The notes beneath the pieces are model-generated. The model made no database searches. It was not told where the DNA came from and saw nothing but the letters and a program-made list of their open reading frames with translations. 64,000 nt of DNA from Gemmatimonadota bacterium. GTDB lineage: Bacteria > Gemmatimonadota > Gemmatimonadetes > Palauibacterales > Palauibacteraceae. Each line of letters starts with the position of its first letter. Positions within the stretch are counted from its first letter, which is position 1. Below, piece by piece: positions 25,660 to 35,509 of the stretch. The translations under genes were made by a program, and so were the position numbers. Location of the stretch: assembly GCA_963666735.1 (NCBI GenBank), contig OY762926.1, positions 2,144,001 to 2,208,000 on the forward strand. Direction: 5' to 3'.

Positions 25660-28600
25660 CTACGAAACGGCGCGCGGCCGGACCCGTGCGATGACCGCCG
25701 GGACGCCCGAGTCCCGCGCGAGCTGGTTGAACGCATCGAGCATCTCGCCGAGCACGCGCGAGAGCGCCGCCTCCTCCACGATCCACTCGGCCTCGAGGTC
25801 GCCCCATCTTTCCAGCACGCCGGCGCGAGGAGGCAGATCCGAGCCATCCACCTCTCCCATGAGTGCGGTCAGCTGCATGTTCAGCAGCGCCTCGTAGGCG
25901 ACCATGTCCTGCTGCGCGGCCCGACGCTTCTGGAAGAGGCGGTCCTCCAGCACCGTGATCGAATCCGTGAGCGCCGTCCCTGCCGCCTCGAGCGCCTCCG
26001 CCCCGGAAAGGCCGGCCTCCGCCGCCTGCACGACCACCGCGTTCACCTGCGCGCGGACGTCCCTGATGTCGTTCAGCCCGATGTGGAGGTCCACGATCAC
26101 CCCGAACACCGATTCCAGGAAGCGCCTATTCGCCGCAAAATCCGTCTCGGTGGACGGTATCCGCGGATCACCGCGCACCTCGAACGACCGCGTCTGCGCC
26201 GGCGCGTCGCCCACCGTCAGGCGCGCACCGTATGTGCCCGGCATCACGCGATAACCCTGCGCGTCCCCGAAGAACGCGTACGACTCCGTGACTCTCGGCC
26301 CGCTCTCCACGCGCAGGTCCCAGAACACCCGGTTGTGCCCCGGCGCCGCGGGGGCGGAGGAGCGCCGGACACCCTCGGCCGTCATCGCCGTATCCGTCGT
26401 GAACGTGCGAATCACCGCGCCCTCCGCATCGAGGACCTCGAGTACCAGCGACCTGCCCTCCGACGCCTCGGCCGGGTCCGACGCCTCCCCGGATACCGTC
26501 TCCTCCGGCGGGGCGCCCACGACGTAGTCGATCGCGACGCCCGGTGGCTTGTTCTGCCCCGACGTCGTCGGACCGACCGGACCTCCGAGTCCCTGGCTCA
26601 CGCGGTACCCGGTGGAGGGCGTGTAGAGGTGGTGCCCGCCGGCGGCTTCGGCGTCGCGCTGCTGGCGCAGCGGCGAGAGATCGTCGAGCACCCAGAAGCC
26701 GCGTCCCTGCGTCGCCACGGCCAGATCCCCCGCCTGTACCTGAAGGTCGGTGATCTGCGTAAGCGGCAGATTCAGATCCAGGCTTCGCCACGAGGCGCCG
26801 TCGTCGAAGCTCACGTACATCCCGAGTTCCGTTCCGGCGTAGAGCAGCCCTCGGCGCTCCGGATCCTCGCGCACGACGCGAGCCCACGCCTCGGGCCTGT
26901 CCGCCGCGATCCCGGCGTCGATCCGTTCCCAGTTCTCCCCGTAGTCCGTCGTCTTGTAGATGTACGGCGCGAAGTCGTTGAACTTGTAGCGGGCGAGCGT
27001 GATGTACGCGCCGCCCGGCTCGTGCGCCGACGGATCCACCGAGTTCACCATCCCCTCGGGCATCCCCTCCGGCGTGACGTCGCTCCACGTCTCACCGTCG
27101 TCACGGGTGATGTGGACGAGGCCGTCGTCCGCTCCCACCCATATCGTCCCGGCCTCAAGCGGCGACTCGGCCATCGCGACGATGGTGTTGTAGACCTCGC
27201 CCCCCGCCGCCTCGTTCGTGAACGGCCCGCCCGCCGCGACGTGCTTCTCAGGCTCGTTCCGCGTGAGGTCGGGGGAAATCTCCTCCCACGTCACGCCGCG
27301 GTCGCTCGACCTGAGCAGGTGCTGCGCCCCGTGGTAGATCACCGTCGGATCGTGCGGCGATACCACAACGGGTCCGTTCCAGTTCCACCGGTACCGCATG
27401 TCCTCGGCGTCCATTCCGAGTTGGAACTGCGGGTAGGCCTGCACGCTGCGCGCGGAGCCCAGTTCCGTGTCCAGCTCCGAGATCATCCCCTGAATCGAAG
27501 TCGCGTAGAGGTAGCGCGGGTTGTCGGGATCGAACGCCACCCAGGCCGATTCCCCGCCTCCCGCATCGAACCAGTCCTTCCAGCCCAACCCGCCGGAGTG
27601 CGTGGCCCACCCCAGCATGCCCACGCTCGTGTTGTCCTGCTGCCCGCCGTACATCCGGTACGGGAACTGGTTGTCCACGGAGATACGGTAGATCTGCGCC
27701 GTGGACTGGTTCTCCTGCGTGGACCAGGTTTCGCCGCCGTTGAAGGTGACCGTCCCTCCCCCGTCGTTGGCGGACAGCATGACCTGGCCGTCGAAGGGGT
27801 TGATCCACAGGTCGTGATGATCGACATGCGGCGTTTGGATCGTCTCCCAGGTGCGCCCCCCGTCGATCGACTTGAGGAAGGGCGAGTTCATCACGTAGAC
27901 GGTCTCGCGGTCCAGGGGATCGGCGTAGATCTCGATGTAGTACCAGGCCCTGCCACGCAGCTGGCGCTCGGAACTCACCAGGGTCCACGTCTTCCCCCCA
28001 TCGTCCGAGCGGTAGACGCCGTCCACATCCTCGTCCGCCTCGATCAGCGCCCACACGCGGTCCGGGTCCGCGGGAGACACGTCGATCGCGGTCTTCCCCA
28101 TCATCTCGGGGAGGCCCGCGTCGATCTCCTCCCACGTGTCTCCGCCGTCCGTCGACTTCCAGAATCCGGAGCCGGGGCCGCCGCTCCGGATGTACCACGG
28201 ATCCCGGTCGTGGTCCCACATGGAGGCGTACAGGATGCGCGGGTTCGTGCGGTCCATCGCGAGGTCCGAGGCGCCCGTGTTCTCGTCCACGTGCAGGACG
28301 AGTTCCCAGTTCTCGCCCCCATCCCTCGATCGGTAGATGCCCCGCTCCGGCGTCGGCGCGAAGGGCGACCCCTGGGCGGCGACGTACACGAGGTCCGGAT
28401 CCGCCGGATGCACCCGGATGCGGGAGATCGTGCGCGTGGGGGCGAGGCCCATGTGCTTCCAGGTGCGGCCCGCATCCGTCGAGCGATAGACGCCGTCGCC
28501 GTGCGAGGTTGTGACGCCGCGGATCGAGTGTTCGCCCATCCCGGCGTACACGACGTTCGGGTCCGACTCGGAGACGGCCACGGCGCCGACGGAGGAGGTG

Positions 28601-28938
28601 GCCACGAAGCCGTCGGTGATGGGACGCCAGCTGATCCCTGCATCGGAGGTCTTCCACACACCGCCGCCCGCCGTGCCCATGTAGTAGGTGAGCCTGTCAT
28701 CGGGGACCCCCGCCGCGGCGACCGCCCGGCCACCGCGAAACGGACCCGCGTTGCGCCACCGCATCGACTGGTAGAGCGCGGTCTCGTCGTCGGCGTTCGC
28801 CTGACCGTCGTCCGCCTGACCGAACAATCCCGCCGCGTGCGCCTCCGCCGCAGGTGCGGCGAGGACTGCCGCCAGAAGGATGTGTCGCGCGTTTCGCCGG
28901 AAGGGTGGGGTGGGTGTTCTCGCTTCGATCAACCGCAT
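25660..28938 (-). CDS. secreted BNR-repeat/VPS10-like glycosyl hydrolase
   Basis: WRNAGPFRGGR, repeated S-x-D-x-G-x-x-W Asp-boxes, GGQQDN, ATQGRGFWVLDD. Start uncertain. Confidence 0.88.
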   Translation of the reverse strand: MRLIEARTPTPPFRRNARHILLAAVLAAPAAEAHAAGLFGQADDGQANADDETALYQSMRWRNAGPFRGGRAVAAAGVPDDRLTYYMGTAGGGVWKTSDAGISWRPITDGFVATSSVGAVAVSESDPNVVYAGMGEHSIRGVTTSHGDGVYRSTDAGRTWKHMGLAPTRTISRIRVHPADPDLVYVAAQGSPFAPTPERGIYRSRDGGENWELVLHVDENTGASDLAMDRTNPRILYASMWDHDRDPWYIRSGGPGSGFWKSTDGGDTWEEIDAGLPEMMGKTAIDVSPADPDRVWALIEADEDVDGVYRSDDGGKTWTLVSSERQLRGRAWYYIEIYADPLDRETVYVMNSPFLKSIDGGRTWETIQTPHVDHHDLWINPFDGQVMLSANDGGGTVTFNGGETWSTQENQSTAQIYRISVDNQFPYRMYGGQQDNTSVGMLGWATHSGGLGWKDWFDAGGGESAWVAFDPDNPRYLYATSIQGMISELDTELGSARSVQAYPQFQLGMDAEDMRYRWNWNGPVVVSPHDPTVIYHGAQHLLRSSDRGVTWEEISPDLTRNEPEKHVAAGGPFTNEAAGGEVYNTIVAMAESPLEAGTIWVGADDGLVHITRDDGETWSDVTPEGMPEGMVNSVDPSAHEPGGAYITLARYKFNDFAPYIYKTTDYGENWERIDAGIAADRPEAWARVVREDPERRGLLYAGTELGMYVSFDDGASWRSLDLNLPLTQITDLQVQAGDLAVATQGRGFWVLDDLSPLRQQRDAEAAGGHHLYTPSTGYRVSQGLGGPVGPTTSGQNKPPGVAIDYVVGAPPEETVSGEASDPAEASEGRSLVLEVLDAEGAVIRTFTTDTAMTAEGVRRSSAPAAPGHNRVFWDLRVESGPRVTESYAFFGDAQGYRVMPGTYGARLTVGDAPAQTRSFEVRGDPRIPSTETDFAANRRFLESVFGVIVDLHIGLNDIRDVRAQVNAVVVQAAEAGLSGAEALEAAGTALTDSITVLEDRLFQKRRAAQQDMVAYEALLNMQLTALMGEVDGSDLPPRAGVLERWGDLEAEWIVEEAALSRVLGEMLDAFNQLARDSGVPAVIARVRPRAVS

Positions 28939-29079
28939 GGGAGCGAACCTCCGCGCTGGGATGCCGGCCTGGAAGCCGACGCGTCTCATATTCCGTACGG
29001 ACTCCCCGCCACACGCGGGGCCGCGAAGAATAAGCCGCCCCGCGGCGGCGCCGATAGAAGCCCCAGCCCCCGAGGTTGC

Positions 29080-29934
29080 ATGCGCGCACTCGTCAAGCGT
29101 TTCGCCGGTCGTTTCGCCCTCACCATGTCGCTGGTCGTGCTCGAGGCCGGTGGCTGGATCCTCTTCCCTCTCGTCATCGGGCGGGCTATCGACAGTGTCC
29201 TCGCGGACTCGGTCCGGGGTCTCTACGAACTCGCCGCGCTCGGGACCGGGACCATGCTCATCGCGATCGTGCGCCGTCTCGTCGACAGCCGGGCCTACGC
29301 GAAGATCTACGTGGGCCTCGGCGACGAGATGGTCGCCTCCGATGAGGAGAGCGGAACGTCGACCCGGACGGCCCGTCTGGGCATGCTCCGGGAGATCGTC
29401 GAGTTCTTCGAGAACTCCCTTCCCTCGCTCGTCAACAGCGTCCTCGGCCTCGCGGGCACCATGCTCATCCTGTGGGTGCTCAACGTCCCGGTCTTCCTGG
29501 GGTGTGTCGTGGTCGCCATCGCCACGGTGACCCTGTACGCCCTCACCGGACGTCTGACGACGCGCTACAACGAGGGGTTCAACGACGAGTACGAGCGGCA
29601 GGTCGACGCCGTCCACAGCGGCGATCCCCGCGAGCTGCGCAGTCACCTCCGTGCCATGATGCGATGGAACATCCGGCTCTCCGACCTCGAGGCCACGAAT
29701 TTCGGGATCAACTGGGTGTTTATGACCAGCCTGTTGGTCTTCGCCGTGGGCGCCGCGGCCGAACAGACCCTCGAGTACGGCGCGGTGTTCGCCACCGTCA
29801 TGTACGTCTTCCAGTTCGTGGAATCGATGATGGGGATCCCGCTCTACTATCAGCAGTGGCTGCGCCTGCGCGAGATATCGGGCCGGCTCGCCACCGCCGT
29901 CGCCTGGCGTCCCGCACCCGGGGGAGCAACCTGA
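29080..29934 (+). CDS. ABC transporter six-TM-domain-only protein
   Basis: LFPLVIGRAID, RRLVDSRAY, REIVEFFE, IRLSDLEA; no NBD. Confidence 0.75.
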   Translation: MRALVKRFAGRFALTMSLVVLEAGGWILFPLVIGRAIDSVLADSVRGLYELAALGTGTMLIAIVRRLVDSRAYAKIYVGLGDEMVASDEESGTSTRTARLGMLREIVEFFENSLPSLVNSVLGLAGTMLILWVLNVPVFLGCVVVAIATVTLYALTGRLTTRYNEGFNDEYERQVDAVHSGDPRELRSHLRAMMRWNIRLSDLEATNFGINWVFMTSLLVFAVGAAAEQTLEYGAVFATVMYVFQFVESMMGIPLYYQQWLRLREISGRLATAVAWRPAPGGAT

Positions 29935-30013
29935 GGTGTCCGGGGGCGCCCTGGGGGTCCCTGCGAAGCGTTAAGCCGATGCAGGGGGCGAGGGACTCCT
30001 CCCACGAGAGGGG

Positions 30014-31462
30014 CTATCGCCGGCGGATCGCCTGGCCGGGGAAGGCGTCCTCGACGAATTCGGCGTCGCGGACCACGAAGGCGCCTCCGACGATCACGTG
30101 CTCGATCCCGGACGACGGCTGGGTGGGCGCCTCGAAGGTCGCGTTGTCGATGACCGCGGTGGGGTCGAACACCGTGATGTCGGCGTCCGCCCCCACCCGG
30201 ATGCGGCCCTTGGCCGCCATCTGCGGGACGTAGGCCTCGAGGCGCCGCGCCGGCATCAGCGTCATCTTCCGGATCGCATCCATGAGCGTGAGGAGACCCT
30301 CCTCGCGCACGTAGCGTCCCAGCACGCGGGCGAAGGTGCCGGCCCCGCGCGGGTGTCCGTTGCCGTCCACGAACGGGACGCCATCGCTCGCCACCATCAC
30401 GATGGGATGGGCGAGCGCGAACTCGAACATCTCCTGCGGGATGATGTGGGCGATGATGCGGCCGCCCGTCTCACGACGCTCGTTGAAGGTCTCTTCCGTC
30501 AGCCGCTCTCCGGTCGCGTCCCATTCGATGTCGCCGTAGTCCGACCCGAACCGCTCCCGCCAACCGGGATCGAAGATCGCGGCCCGGATGTCGGTCGAGG
30601 CCGCCGTGTAGGGATAGACCTCGGTCGTCACGTCGAGGCCGCGCGCCTGCGCCCCCTCGATCATGCTCAGGAGTGCCGGCACCTGCCCCAGTCCGCTCGA
30701 TCCGATATGCACGATGTGGACCCCGGCCCCGGTAGACGCCGCGTTCGCGATCATCTCGTGCACCGCCTCGATCGAGCTTCCCGGCTCGACCATCCCGGCG
30801 TAGCGGATGTGGACGAAGTTCGTCACGCCTTCCTCCGCCGCGATCTGGAACATGCGGTGGATCTCCTCGCGCCGGGCCCCCGGCGTGTACTGGATGCCGT
30901 AGCCGATCCCGAGCGCCCCGCGCCCGAGTTCGTCCCGCAACCGGTTCTCCATGACCGCGACCTGCTCGAGACCGGCCGCGAGCCGGACCGCTTCCTCCCG
31001 ACCGCCCAGCGCGAGTCGGCGCGCCGCCCCGTGCGAGGCCGTGGCCCCGTAGTGGATGACGGCCCGCCCTGCCCGGCTCGCGTACCACTCCTCCACATCG
31101 CCCGTGCCGCCCTCCAGTTCGAGCGCGGTCGTGACCCCGTCCCGCGCCTGCAACCGGCTGGAGAAGAGGTCCTGGCCGTGCGCGTGCAAATCGATAAAGC
31201 CGGGAGCGACGACGAGACCGGACACATCCACGACGAGCTCGCCCTCCAGCGGTGATCCGGAGATGATCTCGATGGTCCCGCCACGGATCCCGACGTGGCG
31301 CACCGCGTCGAGACCGGACTCGGGGTCCATCACCCGACCGCCCGCGAGGACGAGGTCGTAGCTCTGCGCGGCCGCCCCGGAGACGGTCGAGGCCAGCGCC
31401 GCGGCGACGACGAGCAGCGTTCCAGCTCTCATGGCGAGTCTCATGGCGGGGGTCCGTTTCAT
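30014..31462 (-). CDS. N-acyl-D-amino-acid deacylase-like amidohydrolase (secreted)
   Basis: VAPGFIDLHAH, DGVTT, EVYPYTA, VASDG, HPRGAGTFARVLG, KGRIRVGADAD. Confidence 0.9.
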   Translation of the reverse strand: MKRTPAMRLAMRAGTLLVVAAALASTVSGAAAQSYDLVLAGGRVMDPESGLDAVRHVGIRGGTIEIISGSPLEGELVVDVSGLVVAPGFIDLHAHGQDLFSSRLQARDGVTTALELEGGTGDVEEWYASRAGRAVIHYGATASHGAARRLALGGREEAVRLAAGLEQVAVMENRLRDELGRGALGIGYGIQYTPGARREEIHRMFQIAAEEGVTNFVHIRYAGMVEPGSSIEAVHEMIANAASTGAGVHIVHIGSSGLGQVPALLSMIEGAQARGLDVTTEVYPYTAASTDIRAAIFDPGWRERFGSDYGDIEWDATGERLTEETFNERRETGGRIIAHIIPQEMFEFALAHPIVMVASDGVPFVDGNGHPRGAGTFARVLGRYVREEGLLTLMDAIRKMTLMPARRLEAYVPQMAAKGRIRVGADADITVFDPTAVIDNATFEAPTQPSSGIEHVIVGGAFVVRDAEFVEDAFPGQAIRRR

Positions 31463-32661
31463 CCGAGCAACGCGGGGAGCAGGCGGGCCACCGACAGCCC
31501 CAGGAAGGTGCCGACGGCGTTTCCGAGCGACCCGATCAGGACGGCCGGCAGCACCAGGTCGCCGCGCCCGAGGCTGCGCGCGAGAGCCAGAGCCGAGGTC
31601 CCGCCGCCGACGTTGGCCTGCGACGCCACGGCCGCGATGTCCACGTCCAGCCTGAGGAGTCGGGCCGCGCCGAAGGTGATCGCCCCGTGCACGACGATGA
31701 TCGTGAAGGTGAAGACGAGCAGCGCGAGACCGAGCGGGCCGATGTCGGCCAGCGCCCGCACGTCGCAGTGCGCCCCGATCACGCACAGGAAGAGGTAGAC
31801 GGAGAACAGGCCCAGCGTCCGGCTTCCGGCGAGGTTCGTGATGGCCCGGAACTGGGCAAGGATGAGGGCGATCACGGTGAGGATCAGGATATCCGGAACC
31901 GGGAACCCCGTGGCGGCGGTCCACGCCTCCAGCCGCTGTGAAGCCCACAGCGTCCCGAAACCGATCGCGAGGACAAGCGCCAGATCGACCGGATGCACGC
32001 GCTCGGTGTCCTCGGCGATGCCGAGGTCCGGAGCGCGGTCGCCGGAACCCGGCGCCGCGTCGGCCAACCCGCCCCAGTTCCAGCCGGACTTCGGCCAGAG
32101 CGGCCGCAGCCAGCGGGGAATCGCGATCGTCGCGGCCATCCATACGGTCGTCATGATCGAGTCCACGGCCGACGCCCCGCCGAACAGCACGCCCTCGCGC
32201 ATCACGTCGTACTCGAGCGCGACCGCGTTGAAGTTCACGCTGCCGCCCGTGTACGTGCCCGTGAACATCCCGCCCAGCGGCCCGAACAGAGGGCCGATGC
32301 GCTCCGGCCCGTCCACCAGGGCCATGCCCGCGATCACGCCGGCGACGGTCCCCACCGAGCCGATGAGAAAGAGCGAGATGATCGGCAGTCCGGCGCGGAG
32401 AATGTCGCGCAGGTTGACCTTCAGGAGGAGCCACACGATCGCGAGCGGAGCCACCGTGCCGAAAATTGCGTTGTAGACCGGCACCGGGTCGGCGTCGGTC
32501 GACGAGGTCGGGAGGAGGCCGAAGTTCGCGATGAGCGCCGTGAAGATGATGACCATCAGCGCGGTGCCGCCGTGCCGCAGGAAACTCCGCCGCACGAGCC
32601 ATTCCGTGGCCGCGATGACGAGGCACAGGACGGCGGCGATGTAGAGCGTCTGCTCAGTCAC
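31459..32661 (-). CDS. DUF819 family membrane protein
   Basis: GTYTGGSVNFNAV, ASQANVGG, GNAVGTFLG; about 11 TM. Confidence 0.85.
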   Translation of the reverse strand: MTEQTLYIAAVLCLVIAATEWLVRRSFLRHGGTALMVIIFTALIANFGLLPTSSTDADPVPVYNAIFGTVAPLAIVWLLLKVNLRDILRAGLPIISLFLIGSVGTVAGVIAGMALVDGPERIGPLFGPLGGMFTGTYTGGSVNFNAVALEYDVMREGVLFGGASAVDSIMTTVWMAATIAIPRWLRPLWPKSGWNWGGLADAAPGSGDRAPDLGIAEDTERVHPVDLALVLAIGFGTLWASQRLEAWTAATGFPVPDILILTVIALILAQFRAITNLAGSRTLGLFSVYLFLCVIGAHCDVRALADIGPLGLALLVFTFTIIVVHGAITFGAARLLRLDVDIAAVASQANVGGGTSALALARSLGRGDLVLPAVLIGSLGNAVGTFLGLSVARLLPALLG

Positions 32662-33463
32662 CGGCGTAGAGCGACTCCGCCTTCACGGCGGAGGTCGTGA
32701 TCCCCTTGATGAAGGCGGAGGAAAAGCCCCGGTGCTCCATCTCGTTGAGGCCGGCGATCGTGCAGCCGCGCGGCGTCGTCACGCTGTCGATCTCGCGTTC
32801 GGGGTGACGGCCCTGATCCCGCACGAGGGCCGCGGCTCCGAGCGCGGTCTGTGCCGCCATCCGGAGCGCCTCTTCGGGGTGGAAGCCGATCTCGATGCCG
32901 CCCTGGCAGGCGGCGCGCACCGCCCGCAGGAAGAACGCCACACCGCAGGCGCAGAGGGCGGTGGCAGGCACCATGTGCTCCTCCTCCACGACGAGCGTGG
33001 CCCCGACGGCGCGGAACAGCTCCGCCACCCGGTCGAGCGCGCCGGCGTGGGCCGGTTCCGCCGCGAGGCACGTCATCGACTCGCGGAGCGCCACGGCCGT
33101 GTTGGGCATGGCGCGCACCACGGCGACGTCGGGCCCCACATGGCGGCGGATCGCCACGATCGACGCCCCCGAGACCACGGACACGAGAAGATGCCGATCC
33201 GCGTCCACCCGCGGGGCGATTTCCGTCAGTACGGCGTCCAGGGCCTGCGGTTGGACCGCGACGATCACGGTATCGCACGCGGCGACCGCGGCCGGATTGT
33301 CGGAAGACACCCGGAATCCCCGCTCGGCGAGATCCGCGACCCGCTCCGTGTGGCGGCGCGTGACGTGGACCTCCGCCGGAGCGCGCGAACCCGCGGCCAC
33401 GAGCCCCTCGGCGATGGCCCGGCCGATGTTCCCCACCCCGAGTATTGCGACGCTGTCAGCCAT
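32654..33463 (-). CDS. proC: pyrroline-5-carboxylate reductase
   Basis: ILGVGNIG, VRAMPNT, VTTPRGCTIAGL. Confidence 0.93.
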   Translation of the reverse strand: MADSVAILGVGNIGRAIAEGLVAAGSRAPAEVHVTRRHTERVADLAERGFRVSSDNPAAVAACDTVIVAVQPQALDAVLTEIAPRVDADRHLLVSVVSGASIVAIRRHVGPDVAVVRAMPNTAVALRESMTCLAAEPAHAGALDRVAELFRAVGATLVVEEEHMVPATALCACGVAFFLRAVRAACQGGIEIGFHPEEALRMAAQTALGAAALVRDQGRHPEREIDSVTTPRGCTIAGLNEMEHRGFSSAFIKGITTSAVKAESLYAGD

Positions 33464-33468
33464 GGTCG

Positions 33469-35118
33469 TCAGCGCGGATCCTGAAGCGGGCCGTCCGTTC
33501 CATCTTCCTCTTCGCCGGAACGCAGCGTCGGGTAGGCGATCCCCAGTTGTTCCAGGTACGTGTCGTATTCCGTCTCGTCGTAGTAGTACGGCTCGAGCAG
33601 GGGCCGGAACTGCGCCATGATCCCGGCGTTGAGATCGATCGGAGGCGGGTCGTCCGCCGTGATGAACGGCGCGTACTGCTGGTCCTCGCCCTGCACGTCC
33701 CGGAAGTAGGTCCACGCCTCCTCCACCAGACCGGGCTCCATGAACATCTGCAGCGCCGTGCGGGCGAGCACCTTGGCCCCCGCCGTCGCCCCCTTGTGCG
33801 CGATCGGGGTCGCCATGGTGATCGCGTTCGACCAGTGGTGCCCCTGCAGGCCGGGCATGTTGGACGGGAAGCGCAGCGTCACCGTGGGCACCGTCCAGCT
33901 GATGTCCCCGATGTCGTCCGAGCCGCCGCTGCGCCGGGCGTTTTCGTTCTCCGGGGGCGTCCCGATCTCCCCGAGTTCCGTGTTCAACCCCCGGGGGTCC
34001 TCGTTTCCGACCTCGGCCTGCACGGCGCGCGCCAGCGCCTGGTCGTCCTCGGACCATTCCGGCAGCCCGACGTGCTCGATGTGCTCCCACATCGTCTCGG
34101 CGATGACCTTGTTGAAGTGCCGCGGGGCAGCGGCTCCGAGCACCCGGTACGTCATCTCCGTGTCCGTCATCAGCGCCGCGCCCCGGGCGATGTTCCTCGC
34201 GATCTCGTAGTTCCGGAGGATGCCGTCGAAGTCCATCTCCCGGATGTAGTACCACACGGTTGCGACCTGCGGCACGACGTTCGGCTGGTCGCCGCCATCG
34301 GGGATGATGTAGTGGGAACGCTGGTTGGGGTGGAGGTGCTCGCGGCGGAAGTTCCAGCCCACGTTCATCAGCTCCACCGCATCGAGCGAACTCCGCGCCC
34401 GCCACGGCGACCCGGCGCTGTGAGCCGCCTCGCCCGCGAAGCTGAACTCCACGGAAACGAGTCCCGTGCCGTTCGCCTGCCCCCACGTCACGCCGAGGTT
34501 GTTGCCGACGTGCGTGAAGATCACGGCGTCGATGTCCTCGAAGTAGCCGTCGCGCACGAACCAGGCCTTGCTCGCGAGCTGTTCCTCGGCGACACCGGGC
34601 CATAGGACGAGCGTCCCCTCTATCCCCTCCTCCTGCATCACTTTCTGGAGGGCGAGCGCCGCCGTGACGTTGACCGCCTGACCCGAGTTGTGTCCCTCAC
34701 CGTGCCCCGGCGCCCCCGGCACGAGCGGGTCGTGCCAGGCGACCCCGGGCTTCTGGTTCGCCTTCGGGATCCCGTCGATGTCGCTCCCGAAGGAGATTAC
34801 GGGCGACCCCGATCCCCAGCGCGCGAACCAGGCCGTGGGGATCCCCGCCGAGCCCCGCTCGACTTCCCATCCGTGCTCTTCGAGGATGGCGGTCACGTAG
34901 GCGGAGGTCTCGAACTCCTGCTGCCCGAGTTCGGAGAAGGAGAAGATCTTGTCCACCATCACCTGCGTGAGCTTCTCCATCGATGCGACCTCGGCCTCGA
35001 CCCGGTCGAGCGGATCCTGTCCGGCGAGCGGGGCGGGCAGCGGGACCCCGGCCGAGGCCACGCCGAAGGTGGCGAGGAAGACGGCGATGGCCGACAATTT
35101 CGAGTAGCGCATATCCAA
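33469..35118 (-). CDS. M20 family amidohydrolase (AbgB-like), secreted
   Basis: GHGEGHN, GVAEE, AAHSA..PW.ARS.LDA, GGSDDIGD, HHW; signal peptide. Confidence 0.9.
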   Translation of the reverse strand: MDMRYSKLSAIAVFLATFGVASAGVPLPAPLAGQDPLDRVEAEVASMEKLTQVMVDKIFSFSELGQQEFETSAYVTAILEEHGWEVERGSAGIPTAWFARWGSGSPVISFGSDIDGIPKANQKPGVAWHDPLVPGAPGHGEGHNSGQAVNVTAALALQKVMQEEGIEGTLVLWPGVAEEQLASKAWFVRDGYFEDIDAVIFTHVGNNLGVTWGQANGTGLVSVEFSFAGEAAHSAGSPWRARSSLDAVELMNVGWNFRREHLHPNQRSHYIIPDGGDQPNVVPQVATVWYYIREMDFDGILRNYEIARNIARGAALMTDTEMTYRVLGAAAPRHFNKVIAETMWEHIEHVGLPEWSEDDQALARAVQAEVGNEDPRGLNTELGEIGTPPENENARRSGGSDDIGDISWTVPTVTLRFPSNMPGLQGHHWSNAITMATPIAHKGATAGAKVLARTALQMFMEPGLVEEAWTYFRDVQGEDQQYAPFITADDPPPIDLNAGIMAQFRPLLEPYYYDETEYDTYLEQLGIAYPTLRSGEEEDGTDGPLQDPR

Positions 35119-35272
35119 GCCTCTTCGCGTGTTACCGAAGTGTGATCCGCGCGGGACCGGTGGCGGCCGAGCCTGGCGCGAGGCGCATTGTCGCCCGACG
35201 GACGCACAACCCGCAAGGCGTTGCCGCCCGAGCGGCGCGGCGCTGCCGCCGGACGGGGATGCCGCACCAACA

Positions 35273-35458
35273 GTGGCAGCAGATGTCTCGGGCGGCTTCG
35301 ATTCCTTCGTGCGGCGCGCGTGGACCTTCTATGCGATCGCCGTCGTCTGGGGCATCGGCACCTTCACCTGGCTCGTGGTGAACGCCATCGAAGTGCCGAA
35401 GCTGATCGCGGAGCACAACCTCCGGCTTCACGGACGCATCTTCGGCGAATCGGGTTAG
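35273..35458 (+). CDS. small single-TM hypothetical protein or gene remnant
   Basis: AWTFYAIAVVWGIGTFTWLVV hydrophobic segment with GC3-rich codons; no clear RBS. Confidence 0.35.
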   Translation: MAADVSGGFDSFVRRAWTFYAIAVVWGIGTFTWLVVNAIEVPKLIAEHNLRLHGRIFGESG

Positions 35459-35509
35459 GGATCTGCCCTCGCGTGCCGCCCTCAGCTTCGCTCTCCTCAG
35501 GATTCCGCG

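Noticed and set aside
25561..29079. 1457-aa ORF and other very long overlapping ORFs (e.g. 56630-60091, 3044-5317, 5' parts of 15012-18299 and 58030-62640)
   Set aside because: Antisense or off-frame shadows of real genes in high-GC DNA; Arg/Pro-rich with no motifs. True starts were re-called.
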